NCBI GenBank assembly: GCA_018334795.1
Contig: JAGXLH010000001.1
Location: forward strand, 1 to 36,130
DNA from: Thermoplasmatota archaeon
GTDB taxonomy: Archaea; Thermoplasmatota; E2; DHVEG-1
Direction of reading: 5' to 3'
Length of the DNA: 36,130 nt
This document shows positions 1-8,513 of this stretch, one piece after another. Numbering within the stretch: position 1 is the first letter of the stretch; every line of letters starts with the position of its first letter. The translations under genes were made by a program, and so were the position numbers. The notes under the pieces are model-generated. The model ran no database searches, was not told where the DNA came from, and saw nothing but the letters and a program-made list of their open reading frames with translations.

Positions 1-622
1 ATACTTTCACCATCAGTTCCCGATCATCTGTTTCATCCTCAGTGAACCATTCATCTCTAGATTCGTCAATGAGATGATATGATTTAACACCAACATGATA
101 CGGACCAGTTGGCTGAGGTAAAAAGGAACCATCATATGACCCAGAACCAGTAACTCTACCAATTTGTGGAATAAACAAAGAAAAAGAAAACGAAGGAAAT
201 TCTACTGTTAAAGAACCAAAAAAAATCGATGTTTTTGAGGACTCATCCAAGTTAATGGTTCCTAAAATAAACTGATTATAGACTACTACATTTAACTGAT
301 AAATGTTGGAGGAATCATTTTGAATGATAATTCCTTGAATCCATCCTGTTCTATCCGATCTTGCGAAACGGATAGACCCATTCATAACACCAGTCATGCT
401 TTGATCAACTGTTTGCCAAAATCCCTTAAAAGATCCATCTTCATCATTTTTTGACCAAAATCCCAGCTGGTTCCATTCATTGCTTTCGTTGACAATTGAA
501 TAACAAGTATCTTGTCCATAACTTGTCAATGGTGAAAGTAAACAGAAGAGAAAAAAAATAGATAGTAACCTGTTTACAGTTGATTGTTTAACTAACTTTG
601 AAAAAAAAATGTTCGATTGCAT
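1..622 (-). CDS. Secreted protein, N-terminal 207 codons only (CDS runs off the left edge); the end of the visible part resembles the entry motif of PAF-acetylhydrolase/COG4188-type alpha/beta hydrolases
   Basis: Absent from the ORF track because there is no stop in the window. ATG at 620-622 (complement), open to base 1. N-terminus MQSNIFFSKLVKQSTVNRLLSIFFLFCLLSPLTSYG looks like a signal peptide. The last visible residues PTGPYHVGVKSYHLIDESRDEWFTEDETDDRELMVKV fit the GPYxVG..D.SR...R.L.V pattern that precedes the WYP strand in that family. The catalytic domain is not in the window. Confidence 0.5.
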   Translation of the reverse strand, partial: MQSNIFFSKLVKQSTVNRLLSIFFLFCLLSPLTSYGQDTCYSIVNESNEWNQLGFWSKNDEDGSFKGFWQTVDQSMTGVMNGSIRFARSDRTGWIQGIIIQNDSSNIYQLNVVVYNQFILGTINLDESSKTSIFFGSLTVEFPSFSFSLFIPQIGRVTGSGSYDGSFLPQPTGPYHVGVKSYHLIDESRDEWFTEDETDDRELMVKV

Positions 623-682
623 AGATTAAGATATATATCAACTTCTTTATTTAAATATATTGAAAGAAAGAAAAAGTGAGAT

Positions 683-3600
683 TTATTCAACAAAAATTCC
701 TAGTCCTACCCCCGCAAACACTGGTGAATTCTTTCCTGCAATGCCAAAAAATAATTGCGCTGAACCAGACTGAAAACCCATTTTTCTAAAGACTCCATTA
801 GTTCCTGCTGATGCAGAAAAACCATCTTCAAAGTTCCATTGCAATTTACCTAAATGAAGACATGACGGTAATCGTTCAGTGATTACAGAAGAGGGAACGG
901 ATTCAACAACTGCATTTGACTGCCCTATCCCAATGATGATCCCTAATCCGTTAGTAAAACCACCAGATGACTCCCAATTAGTAATATACACCCATTTCTC
1001 GTCAATCCAACTTTGACCAGATTCATCAAAAGCTTGTGCTCGAATCATGACATTTACTCCAGTTAATCCAAGAGATGACCTGCTCCCATCTCCTTGTTCT
1101 ACATCACAATACCATTCATATGGAGGGTCAGTATCGACAAATGGAAGACCTTCTCGTTCTCCAAACGGTTCAATATCAAATTCAACCCGATCAATGCCAA
1201 CATTATCAGTTGGTTCTGCTTTCACCCAAAATGGTGTTTCAACTTGTTCTTCATTTGCTGGAGAAGATATTTGCACATATGGTAAATCTGCATCAATTTT
1301 TATCACTCGTTTATTTTCTGAATCATAACGACTTTCAATGTTACCATTACGATCCTTTGCCCAAAACACGACTTCCCATTCACCCATCCACTTAGATGAT
1401 TTAGATGTGCTCAACTGCAGTCCATTCTCGGCATTATACACTTGTTGGTCTCTACCATTCAAACTATAATAAATCGATTCTATACCACTTCCGGTATCCT
1501 TCGGAAAATCCTCTGCGTGTAACCAAAGAATAACACTTTCACTAATGTACCATTCATTCAATCCTTGAACTCCTTCAATATCTTCTACGGTTGTTTCAGG
1601 AGGTTCATTATCTTCGCCAACATACATCACACGCCAGGAATCCAAAAAGGGTGAAGAGGACGGATTATTTCGATGAAAGGTTGCCTTCAAACGGATGGAA
1701 GACGTAAGGATACTTCCAATATTTGCTCCAGAGGACACATCAGCCATGAGAATCTCCGTAGGATTCTTTCCATGAACAATATCAAAAGAGATATCTCCTT
1801 GCTTGGTTGCTTCAAACATATGCCAAGAATTTAGGTTTGATGGAGAAATAGGATCAGAAACAATATGGCTATTTAACACGAGACTATGTTCCCCGCTTGT
1901 ATTATAATAAATCTCTGAACAACCCGGTGTATTAAATGACCAAATATTCGTGTAAATATCGGGTAGATCTAATCCATCATACGGACTTGGATACTCAACG
2001 CGAAGATCCTCCCAAGCAACAAAAATGTGATCACCACTAGATGCAATATTTGCCCAATCAGCTGGATCAGATTCAGAATCACTAATCTGAAGGACATATG
2101 GATTAACGCTTCCTTCTGAATTGATAAGTTTTCCCCAGATGTCTCCACCACCATCATAAACAACGAAAAAAGATGAACTTAGATGAGGGACAATATTGGT
2201 TCGTTCAAAAGCTCCATTTGCGATTTTGAACGTGTCAACAGCCGCATTTCCATTTTCATCAAGGATTTTACCCCATATATGTCCATACCATTCTCCGCTA
2301 CTGATATCATCTTCCTGCCAGGTAATCAAAAACCGTTCGGTTAGCCTACAAAATGCAACACAGGGAAAATTATAATCTACAGTTGATGACCCTTGAGGAG
2401 AAATAAGAATTGCATCTCCTAATGGATCACCATTCGTGGTGAACAGCTGACCCCATATGTCAAATGGTCCATTTTCTGCGTTGACACCTTCCTCCCAAAC
2501 GATCATAAAATGATTATTCACATCATCAAAGGTCATCCATGGTTCACACTGGTTATTTGGTGCATCAGAAATGATTTTTTCAGAGCCAATAGGATTCCCC
2601 TCAATATCAAAGAATTTACCATATAAATTATAATTACTTGTTCCCTCTCTTCCATCTTCCCATACCACAAAGAAACGCTGATTCTCATCATCATACGCTA
2701 CCACAGGATCAGCTTGATTTCCAGAAGAAATGCAAATATCAAAATGAGTTACATCATAGATGGTACTTGCATCGGTAGCAACCAATGCTCCCTTAATATC
2801 TCGACTAACTGGATCGGAAGGAGTGTTATAATATTCATAGGCAACAAAAAAAATGTCTGTGTCTCCATCGGAACCATATGCAGAGGAGGGATTTTCACAT
2901 CGAAACGGAGTAGTGGGATCAGTATTCCATTCAGTGATATCAAATCGTTCACCTATTGGTTCACCCTCTTCTGAATAAAAACAACCACGGATTTGTTGTT
3001 TATAAATCATTCCTAATGGAATATACCGCGGAATACCTTCTTCCCAAGTTACAAAAAACTTGTTATCTCCCCAAATCACATCAGGATCCCATGCCCCTTC
3101 ATTTTCCATATGATAGGAGATTTTATGATCGTGGGCATAATAGTTTTGCCAACTATTTTCATCAAATACTGACCAGTAATCACTTCCATCAGTGGCATCT
3201 GGATTTCCATAAAACACACTAACATTGCTTTCTCCTTCAGGTAAAGAAGCAATTCGAATCCAAACGATTGCATATGGCTCATTTGATTGTGGATTTTTTT
3301 CCTCTATCCAATAAGGTAGCCAGTAATCATCATTATTAAATTTAAACCTGAGATCACCATAATCTGATCGCATATCACTATCATATTCCACAATCAATTT
3401 AACCAGGGCATCATCAAGCGCAATTTCACTTGAAAGTGTAACTATTTTCATTTGAGTCCATTCCGCATTAGTCCATTGTGGAAATGTTGCATACATTACT
3501 GCTTTTCCATCCTGAACGAGGAAATGATCTGAATTATTTTCATCAATGTATTGTGCATTATCAAACGAATCCTCCCAAGTATAATAATTATTATCACCGG

Positions 3601-3748
3601 GCAGTGGAAGTGACTGATCAAGAATATTACTCATCCGATTATCGCTATTTGTTGAAATCGAAATCGTTTGCATCATCGAACAAATCAATAAAAACAGAAC
3701 GATACTTGAAATCACTTGCAAACCATGTTTTCTCTTTAAATTATTCAT
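683..3748 (-). CDS. Large secreted/surface protein (1021 aa): signal anchor, DUF2341-like beta-sandwich, seven ~55-aa FxVxWxD repeats (propeller-like), Ig-like domains, Gly-rich hydrophobic C-terminus
   Basis: ORF track 683..3826. I prefer the internal ATG at 3746-3748 (MNNLKRKHGLQVISSIVLFLLICSMM, signal-like) because the longer start overlaps the upstream gene, whose stop is at 3750-3752. DUF2341-type motif DLRFKFNNDDYWLPYWIEE...YAIVWIRIASLPEGESNVSVFYGNPDA. Repeats: FFVTWEEG, FFVAYEYY, FFVVWEDG, FMIVWEEG, FLITWQED, FFVVYDGG, IFVAWEDL. Ig-like segment PFWVKAEPTDNVGIDRVEFDIE. Confidence 0.8.
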   Translation of the reverse strand: MNNLKRKHGLQVISSIVLFLLICSMMQTISISTNSDNRMSNILDQSLPLPGDNNYYTWEDSFDNAQYIDENNSDHFLVQDGKAVMYATFPQWTNAEWTQMKIVTLSSEIALDDALVKLIVEYDSDMRSDYGDLRFKFNNDDYWLPYWIEEKNPQSNEPYAIVWIRIASLPEGESNVSVFYGNPDATDGSDYWSVFDENSWQNYYAHDHKISYHMENEGAWDPDVIWGDNKFFVTWEEGIPRYIPLGMIYKQQIRGCFYSEEGEPIGERFDITEWNTDPTTPFRCENPSSAYGSDGDTDIFFVAYEYYNTPSDPVSRDIKGALVATDASTIYDVTHFDICISSGNQADPVVAYDDENQRFFVVWEDGREGTSNYNLYGKFFDIEGNPIGSEKIISDAPNNQCEPWMTFDDVNNHFMIVWEEGVNAENGPFDIWGQLFTTNGDPLGDAILISPQGSSTVDYNFPCVAFCRLTERFLITWQEDDISSGEWYGHIWGKILDENGNAAVDTFKIANGAFERTNIVPHLSSSFFVVYDGGGDIWGKLINSEGSVNPYVLQISDSESDPADWANIASSGDHIFVAWEDLRVEYPSPYDGLDLPDIYTNIWSFNTPGCSEIYYNTSGEHSLVLNSHIVSDPISPSNLNSWHMFEATKQGDISFDIVHGKNPTEILMADVSSGANIGSILTSSIRLKATFHRNNPSSSPFLDSWRVMYVGEDNEPPETTVEDIEGVQGLNEWYISESVILWLHAEDFPKDTGSGIESIYYSLNGRDQQVYNAENGLQLSTSKSSKWMGEWEVVFWAKDRNGNIESRYDSENKRVIKIDADLPYVQISSPANEEQVETPFWVKAEPTDNVGIDRVEFDIEPFGEREGLPFVDTDPPYEWYCDVEQGDGSRSSLGLTGVNVMIRAQAFDESGQSWIDEKWVYITNWESSGGFTNGLGIIIGIGQSNAVVESVPSSVITERLPSCLHLGKLQWNFEDGFSASAGTNGVFRKMGFQSGSAQLFFGIAGKNSPVFAGVGLGIFVE

Positions 3749-3749
3749 T

Positions 3750-6329
3750 TTACCATTCCTCCACGTTTTCATACCATTGCGTTTCTCCTTCCTGATTAGT
3801 CCATAATAAATCAACGTCAAAATCATCAGTGCTCACTTCATAATCAAGCCAAACGTACGGGAGTAATCGGTCACCCTTCCACCATTCAAGATTAAGGTAA
3901 AATTGAAGATTACTAAATTTGATGTCTATTCCATATAGTTCCTCGTAGGTTAGATAAAAGATAAACTCTTTGATTGTTGCTCCATCATTATATTTGTTAA
4001 TCGCAAAAAAACCAGGATCAACACTTCCATCTTGAGATCCCGATCCTTGTTCCAAATCCCAGCTCATATCAAAAATAATAGTTTCTGAAAGTGTGATTTT
4101 ACCACCAAAATCAAAATCAGTATTATTCATGGCAAAATCATTGAAATCAATGGAAAGATCATTTTCTTGGTCGATTTGAATTTGAAAACTTCCGGATTGT
4201 CCAATATACCAATCCATATGTAATGAGGTTGACTTTCCCAAATAACATAAATCAAGTTGAAGATCATTCATCACGTCAACCATGCCGCCCAAATGAAGAT
4301 CATTAATTTTTAAGGAATCACCCGATGTATCAATATTCCAATCCGCTTGTAGATTATCTGCTGAAATCTCATTAACAAATAATGACAAGGAATCGCCAGT
4401 ATCCATGTTGACTACATTAAGTTCATTGCCAAAGATACTTTCAGTGGTATCAAAAAAGAAATGTCCATCTTCTGCTAGTTTAAACTGAGTATTAATATGT
4501 CCATTTCTTATAGCCAAGACATCATGTATTGAAAATCCTTTGTAACCAATGTTTAGTTCAATAGGATCAGCTGGACCATGAGATCCACGCCATAATTCCA
4601 CATATCCTTCAAGTTTATTCCAATTTAATTTTCCTTTCGCTTCTGATTCCGCAGGAATCTCAGTTACGTTAATAATGGGTTTTATTTGTGCAGGAAGAAA
4701 TGCGCGAATGCATGCTACATTGTCACTACAGGTGTGTTGAATATCACCATACACATAATTTGCAGGATTTTGTAAATCATCTAAATCTAAGTTAAGGGTG
4801 GCCTCTGCATCAATTCGCATGTTTTCAGGTAGCCCTTGTGGTACATCAATAAAAATTTGATCGGTGACGGTTTCATCTAATTTCGGAAAAAACACGTTTA
4901 TGCCACCTAATGGGGAACTCATTGAAACATCAACAAATCCATCAACATGAGCATGAAACAGTGGATTAGTCATCAAAGAAAAATCTAAATCCCATGAAAC
5001 ATCAACTATTTTTGGAATATGAATCAATTCGATTTTTTCTTCAAAAAGTGGAGAATTAACAATAATGCCTACATCAAAAATGTGACTTGCTTCATAAGCA
5101 ATCTTTCCACCTAATAGTTCATGATCTCCTAAAACATCTGCATCAAACTTCATCCATCTTCCTACTTTGCCAAGGGTTTCATCTATTTTATCGAAAATCA
5201 GAGTTAATTCAATATCACCATCATCGCCTGATAAGACATTCGAGGTAAACGAAATCATCGTTTCATCACGCTGTTGACTACTTTCATCAAAATAGTAATA
5301 TATTAGGCCACCAGATGGGATAAATTTCGTTTTCAATGAGACTGCAGGATCAAATTCCACTGAGAATGCAATATCATATGTTGGATTTGTTGATCCCTCT
5401 TGAAAAGCACTAAATCCATATAAAACTTCAAAAGGGCCTTTACCTTTCGAAGAACCTGGATCCATCTCATGTTGGAAAATACTGGGACCAAACAATGTAT
5501 CACGGGCAAATGAAAAACGTTTTTCTGCAAAACGTGGAATGTCTTGTCCCAGTGGTGATTTGAAGCCCATACCAACAACAAAATAATCTGAATCATCTTC
5601 AGAAAAAATTGCCCCCAATCCAGATGGAAAATAAGATATGAATTGTTCAAAAATATTCAATTGATCTAAAAGTTGTTGAATCTTCATGGAAGAATAGGTG
5701 AATTTTTGTAAAGTTTCATGCAATTTATTAACCACCGATAATCTATGGATTTCTTTCTTGATTAAACCATAATTTACATGTAATTCTGACCAAACCTGCA
5801 TCTCCCCATCCTGATCTTCGATATAATTACCAGATTCCAATTGGCGAACTCGAATTCGTTTTTCTAATGATTTTACATCATTTCCATCTTCATTCTTAAT
5901 AATCGACCAGTAAAATCCAGCAATAACTTCAAGATCGTAGGCGTCATCCTCATCTAAGTTAAATGATATTCGTTCTCCATATTCCGGATGTTTAAGGAAT
6001 TTCTCCTTAAAATCTGAAATATCAACTGGAACTTGTTTCTCAAAAATCTCTCCATTATATTTAATTTTAATCCACCATTCCAATATATCAGATTGTTTGT
6101 TAATCCATGGGAGTTGAATAGACTTAATCTTTTTTTGTTCAGATCCGGTCACATAATTTGAGAACAACGTGGGTAGCTGTGAAAGTTCATTCGGATGATT
6201 GTCTTGATTTATAGAGTTAAGTGAGGAAGAACAATATCCTCCACTAGCCTTTTTATTGGCAAAATCAGGTTCTGCCATAAAAACACTAAGCAGTAAAAAA
6301 ATAACTATTATTGACAAGAATTTTTTCAT
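3750..6329 (-). CDS. Secreted protein of unknown function (859 aa), no family recognised
   Basis: Long ORF with N-terminal signal peptide MKKFLSIIVIFLLLSVFMAEP. Recurrent W-x-[LI]-[DE] strand motifs in the C-terminal half (SWDLDFS, NWNKLEG, DWNIDTSG, DWYIGQSG, SWDLEQGSG). The stop lies 1 nt before the next gene start, so it is probably co-transcribed. Confidence 0.75.
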   Translation of the reverse strand: MKKFLSIIVIFLLLSVFMAEPDFANKKASGGYCSSSLNSINQDNHPNELSQLPTLFSNYVTGSEQKKIKSIQLPWINKQSDILEWWIKIKYNGEIFEKQVPVDISDFKEKFLKHPEYGERISFNLDEDDAYDLEVIAGFYWSIIKNEDGNDVKSLEKRIRVRQLESGNYIEDQDGEMQVWSELHVNYGLIKKEIHRLSVVNKLHETLQKFTYSSMKIQQLLDQLNIFEQFISYFPSGLGAIFSEDDSDYFVVGMGFKSPLGQDIPRFAEKRFSFARDTLFGPSIFQHEMDPGSSKGKGPFEVLYGFSAFQEGSTNPTYDIAFSVEFDPAVSLKTKFIPSGGLIYYYFDESSQQRDETMISFTSNVLSGDDGDIELTLIFDKIDETLGKVGRWMKFDADVLGDHELLGGKIAYEASHIFDVGIIVNSPLFEEKIELIHIPKIVDVSWDLDFSLMTNPLFHAHVDGFVDVSMSSPLGGINVFFPKLDETVTDQIFIDVPQGLPENMRIDAEATLNLDLDDLQNPANYVYGDIQHTCSDNVACIRAFLPAQIKPIINVTEIPAESEAKGKLNWNKLEGYVELWRGSHGPADPIELNIGYKGFSIHDVLAIRNGHINTQFKLAEDGHFFFDTTESIFGNELNVVNMDTGDSLSLFVNEISADNLQADWNIDTSGDSLKINDLHLGGMVDVMNDLQLDLCYLGKSTSLHMDWYIGQSGSFQIQIDQENDLSIDFNDFAMNNTDFDFGGKITLSETIIFDMSWDLEQGSGSQDGSVDPGFFAINKYNDGATIKEFIFYLTYEELYGIDIKFSNLQFYLNLEWWKGDRLLPYVWLDYEVSTDDFDVDLLWTNQEGETQWYENVEEW

Positions 6330-6447
6330 GTCTCTTTCACCTCTTCCGGCAGCTCAACCATAATACATTTTATGAGTTAGTTTATTATAATATTTCGTTG
6401 TTTAATTAATTTGCGATTATGGGTGAGCGAAAAGAAATGAGGAGTAG

Positions 6448-6525
6448 GGGTTCTGGTTTCTAAATGAAAAAAGGGCAACTTAAAGGAGGCAAAAATAAAT
6501 CTTAAGGGTTTTAAAACCAGAACCC
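6448..6525. repeat. Perfect 12-bp inverted repeat GGGTTCTGGTTT (6448-6459) / AAACCAGAACCC (6514-6525) in a divergent promoter region
   Basis: Read directly from the sequence. The arms are GC-richer than the surrounding AT-rich spacer and are 54 nt apart. Confidence 0.6.
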
Positions 6526-6703
6526 ACATAGTGTTTTATTTGTCCCACATAAGGAAGATTTGAATTTTCATCGCGATTTTTAATCATAACCTTCCCTTTT
6601 TTCATCTATATGAATAATACCATTATTTATTAATAAAACGTATGATTGAAATTATGTTCAAAATAGGAAAAATATTTAATTGTAGAAGGTATATGAACAA
6701 ATA

Positions 6704-7675
6704 ATGGAAAATGTAGATTTGAAAGATCGGCGAATTCTTTATGAATTAGACCGAAATTCTCGTGAATCATTCACTCAAATTGGAAAAAAAGTAGGCCTAC
6801 ATAAAAATGTGGTCAATTATAGGATAAAAAGAATGCAAGATAAAGGAATCATCAATGATTTCTATACGGTTATCGACACGTTCAAACTTGGCTATAATAG
6901 TCTCAGATTTTATATCGTGTATCAAAATACTACGCCTTCCATTCGAGAAGAGATAATCTCTCATTTTGTTGAAAATAAATTTACTTGGTGGGTTGGGTCA
7001 TTTGAAGGGGAATACGATCTTGCAGTCGTAGTTTGGATAAAGAACCTTCAGGAATTTTATAGTTTTTGGGAATCAACGCTAAAAAAATATCACAAATATT
7101 TCAAGCAACAAATGTTTTCACTGTATGAACAACTCAGATTATTCCGACATAGTTTTTTAATGATAGGTGAGTACAATAAAAAAGACAGGGAAAAATTCGA
7201 AATTACTGGTGGTGGAAAAAAATTAAAGACTGATGAAATTGATTTTCAAATATTATCTTTATTAGCGAAAAACGCAAGAATTCCAACAGTCAGAATTGCT
7301 GAGAAGTTAGATATGACTGTCGATACTATATTGAGTAGAATACAAAATCTCGAATCGCTAGATATTATCCAAGCTTATAGAATCAACGTTGATTACGTAA
7401 AATTAGGGTATCATCTTTTCAAAGTTAATCTTACGCTAAATGATTATTCTAACAGAGGGAAAATAATCAATTATATTAAATATAATCCTCACTTAATCAT
7501 GATTGATAAAGCTATAGGGTTTTATGATCTTGAACTTGATTTTCATTTGAAAAATCTAGATCATTTACGTAGTGTCATGGATGATATCTCAGAAAAATTC
7601 CCTGAGGACATTAATTGTTACAATTTCGTCCATGATCCTATCAAACATAAAATGGTTTACATTCCGAAACAATAA
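6704..7675 (+). CDS. Lrp/AsnC-family transcriptional regulator, tandem (two complete HTH + effector-domain units in one chain)
   Basis: Two AsnC-type HTH segments: DLKDRRILYELDRNSRESFTQIGKKVGLHKNVVNYRIKRMQDKGII and DEIDFQILSLLAKNARIPTVRIAEKLDMTVDTILSRIQNLESLDIIQAY. Each is followed by a ~80-aa RAM-like segment. Confidence 0.8.
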   Translation: MENVDLKDRRILYELDRNSRESFTQIGKKVGLHKNVVNYRIKRMQDKGIINDFYTVIDTFKLGYNSLRFYIVYQNTTPSIREEIISHFVENKFTWWVGSFEGEYDLAVVVWIKNLQEFYSFWESTLKKYHKYFKQQMFSLYEQLRLFRHSFLMIGEYNKKDREKFEITGGGKKLKTDEIDFQILSLLAKNARIPTVRIAEKLDMTVDTILSRIQNLESLDIIQAYRINVDYVKLGYHLFKVNLTLNDYSNRGKIINYIKYNPHLIMIDKAIGFYDLELDFHLKNLDHLRSVMDDISEKFPEDINCYNFVHDPIKHKMVYIPKQ

Positions 7676-7686
7676 GAATCATCAAC

Positions 7687-7693
7687 TTTTTTT
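7687..7693 (+). terminator. Oligo-T (T7) archaeal-type terminator downstream of the Lrp/AsnC gene
   Basis: T7 run 12 nt after the stop codon. A second hairpin plus T-run (ATGAGTA-GAG-TACTCAT-TTTT) lies at 7734-7754. Confidence 0.4.
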
Positions 7694-7899
7694 ACATATC
7701 GTAATAAATATAGTATATGGATTATAATATTATATGAGTAGAGTACTCATTTTATAAGTTAGCGAGTTTGGCCGCGATGCACGTATGGAAAATACCTACT
7801 ATGATTAGTTTAATTCTTTGTTTTTTACTATTATTACCCAGTTTTTATCACCTATTTATCAATATCACGTGAATTTACCTAGCATGAATGCCGGGGCTT

Positions 7900-8470
7900 C
7901 TGGTTGGTCCAATTTGGGGGGACAATGAATGTCCTATAACGTTGTTTGTATCAGTCGCTGGTTTCTCATATAATTATTAACAGTTTCTAAATCAGCGTCA
8001 CCTGTTGATCTATAAAATTTTCCAGGGCTTCAAAAATGACCACCCCAATATCTTTTTCTAAAATTTGGTTTATGCTTGAACAATTCACGATTAGAAGCAC
8101 CCTTTAACAGATGTAATGCTTTTGAAACACTCATCGTGGGCAGTAACGATACTACAATATGAATGTAATCTGGTCTGGCATTATAGTTAGCTCAATAATT
8201 TTAATTTCATGGCGAGAAGCAACTGCTCGTATTATCTTTTCACAAAGGTTTTTATTCTCCTGCGTTCTTAATATTTTACACCTATACTCAGGACTCCACT
8301 GCAAGTGATACACATTCTGGCCAAACTATGGCTTGCGCTAATCAATTTCAATCAAGACACGTCCTACTTGGGTTTTCATGGCACTCAGCTAAGACATCGT
8401 AACATTTCAACAGATTAACTTTTACAAAAAAGTGAACAGACCGCCTTGAAAGGCGGGGATTTAAATTCTA
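7900..8470 (-). mobile_element. Decayed IS200-like element (tnpA only, no tnpB); boundaries approximate
   Basis: The tnpA remnant is flanked by GC-rich hairpins in an AT-rich context: CCGCCTT-GA-AAGGCGG at 8441-8456 (5' side of tnpA) and GGACA-ATGAA-TGTCC at 7920-7934 (3' side). Subterminal hairpins rather than terminal inverted repeats are typical of this family. Confidence 0.45.
7934..8351 (-). pseudogene. tnpA: IS200/IS605-family Y1 transposase (TnpA) pseudogene
   Basis: Minus-strand translation gives ..NVYHLQWSPEYRCKILR..IIELTIMPD / YIHIVVSLLPTMSVSKALHLLKGASNRELFKHKPNFRKRYWGGHF*SPGKFYRSTGDADLETVNNYMRNQ, which matches the HUH/Y1 TnpA pattern (YH.vW..KYR; MPDHvHllvs.P...SvS; LKG.S.R; YWG...WS.GYF..T.G). 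It is broken by a 5-bp tandem duplication (TCTGGTCTGG, 8169-8178), a TGA at the conserved Trp codon (8030-8032), and stops or a frameshift near the N-terminus (about 8320-8335). Confidence 0.8.
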
Positions 8471-8513
8471 AATGGCCATCACATATTCATTAAATAGGTG
8501 ATGAGAACATATA

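Noticed and set aside
1047-3795. Plus-strand ORFs of 63-106 aa (1047..1328, 1075..1395, 1094..1285, 2714..2974, 2956..3222, 3478..3795) and minus-strand out-of-frame ORFs (1969..2163, 2749..2952, 3076..3282) inside the 1021-aa gene
   Set aside because: They lie antisense or out of frame within a long, motif-rich CDS. Their composition is low-complexity and no motifs are recognisable. These are typical shadow ORFs.
3749-3826. N-terminal extension of the 683..3826 ORF (MILTLIYYGLIRKEKRNGMKTWRNGK)
   Set aside because: It overlaps the 3' end of the upstream gene by 77 nt. The internal ATG at 3748 gives a normal signal peptide and a 1-nt intergenic gap.
6464-6607. Two tiny divergent ORFs both starting MKKG (plus strand 6464..6505, 13 aa; minus strand about 6483..6605, 41 aa)
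   Set aside because: They are too short and lack supporting signals. The shared MKKG comes from the inverted repeat ATGAAAAAAGGG, which is reported as a repeat instead.
8030-8032. TGA in tnpA as possible Trp or selenocysteine recoding
   Set aside because: The same gene also carries a 5-bp duplication frameshift and N-terminal stops. TGA is also used as a normal stop elsewhere, for example in purL. Pseudogenisation is the simpler explanation.
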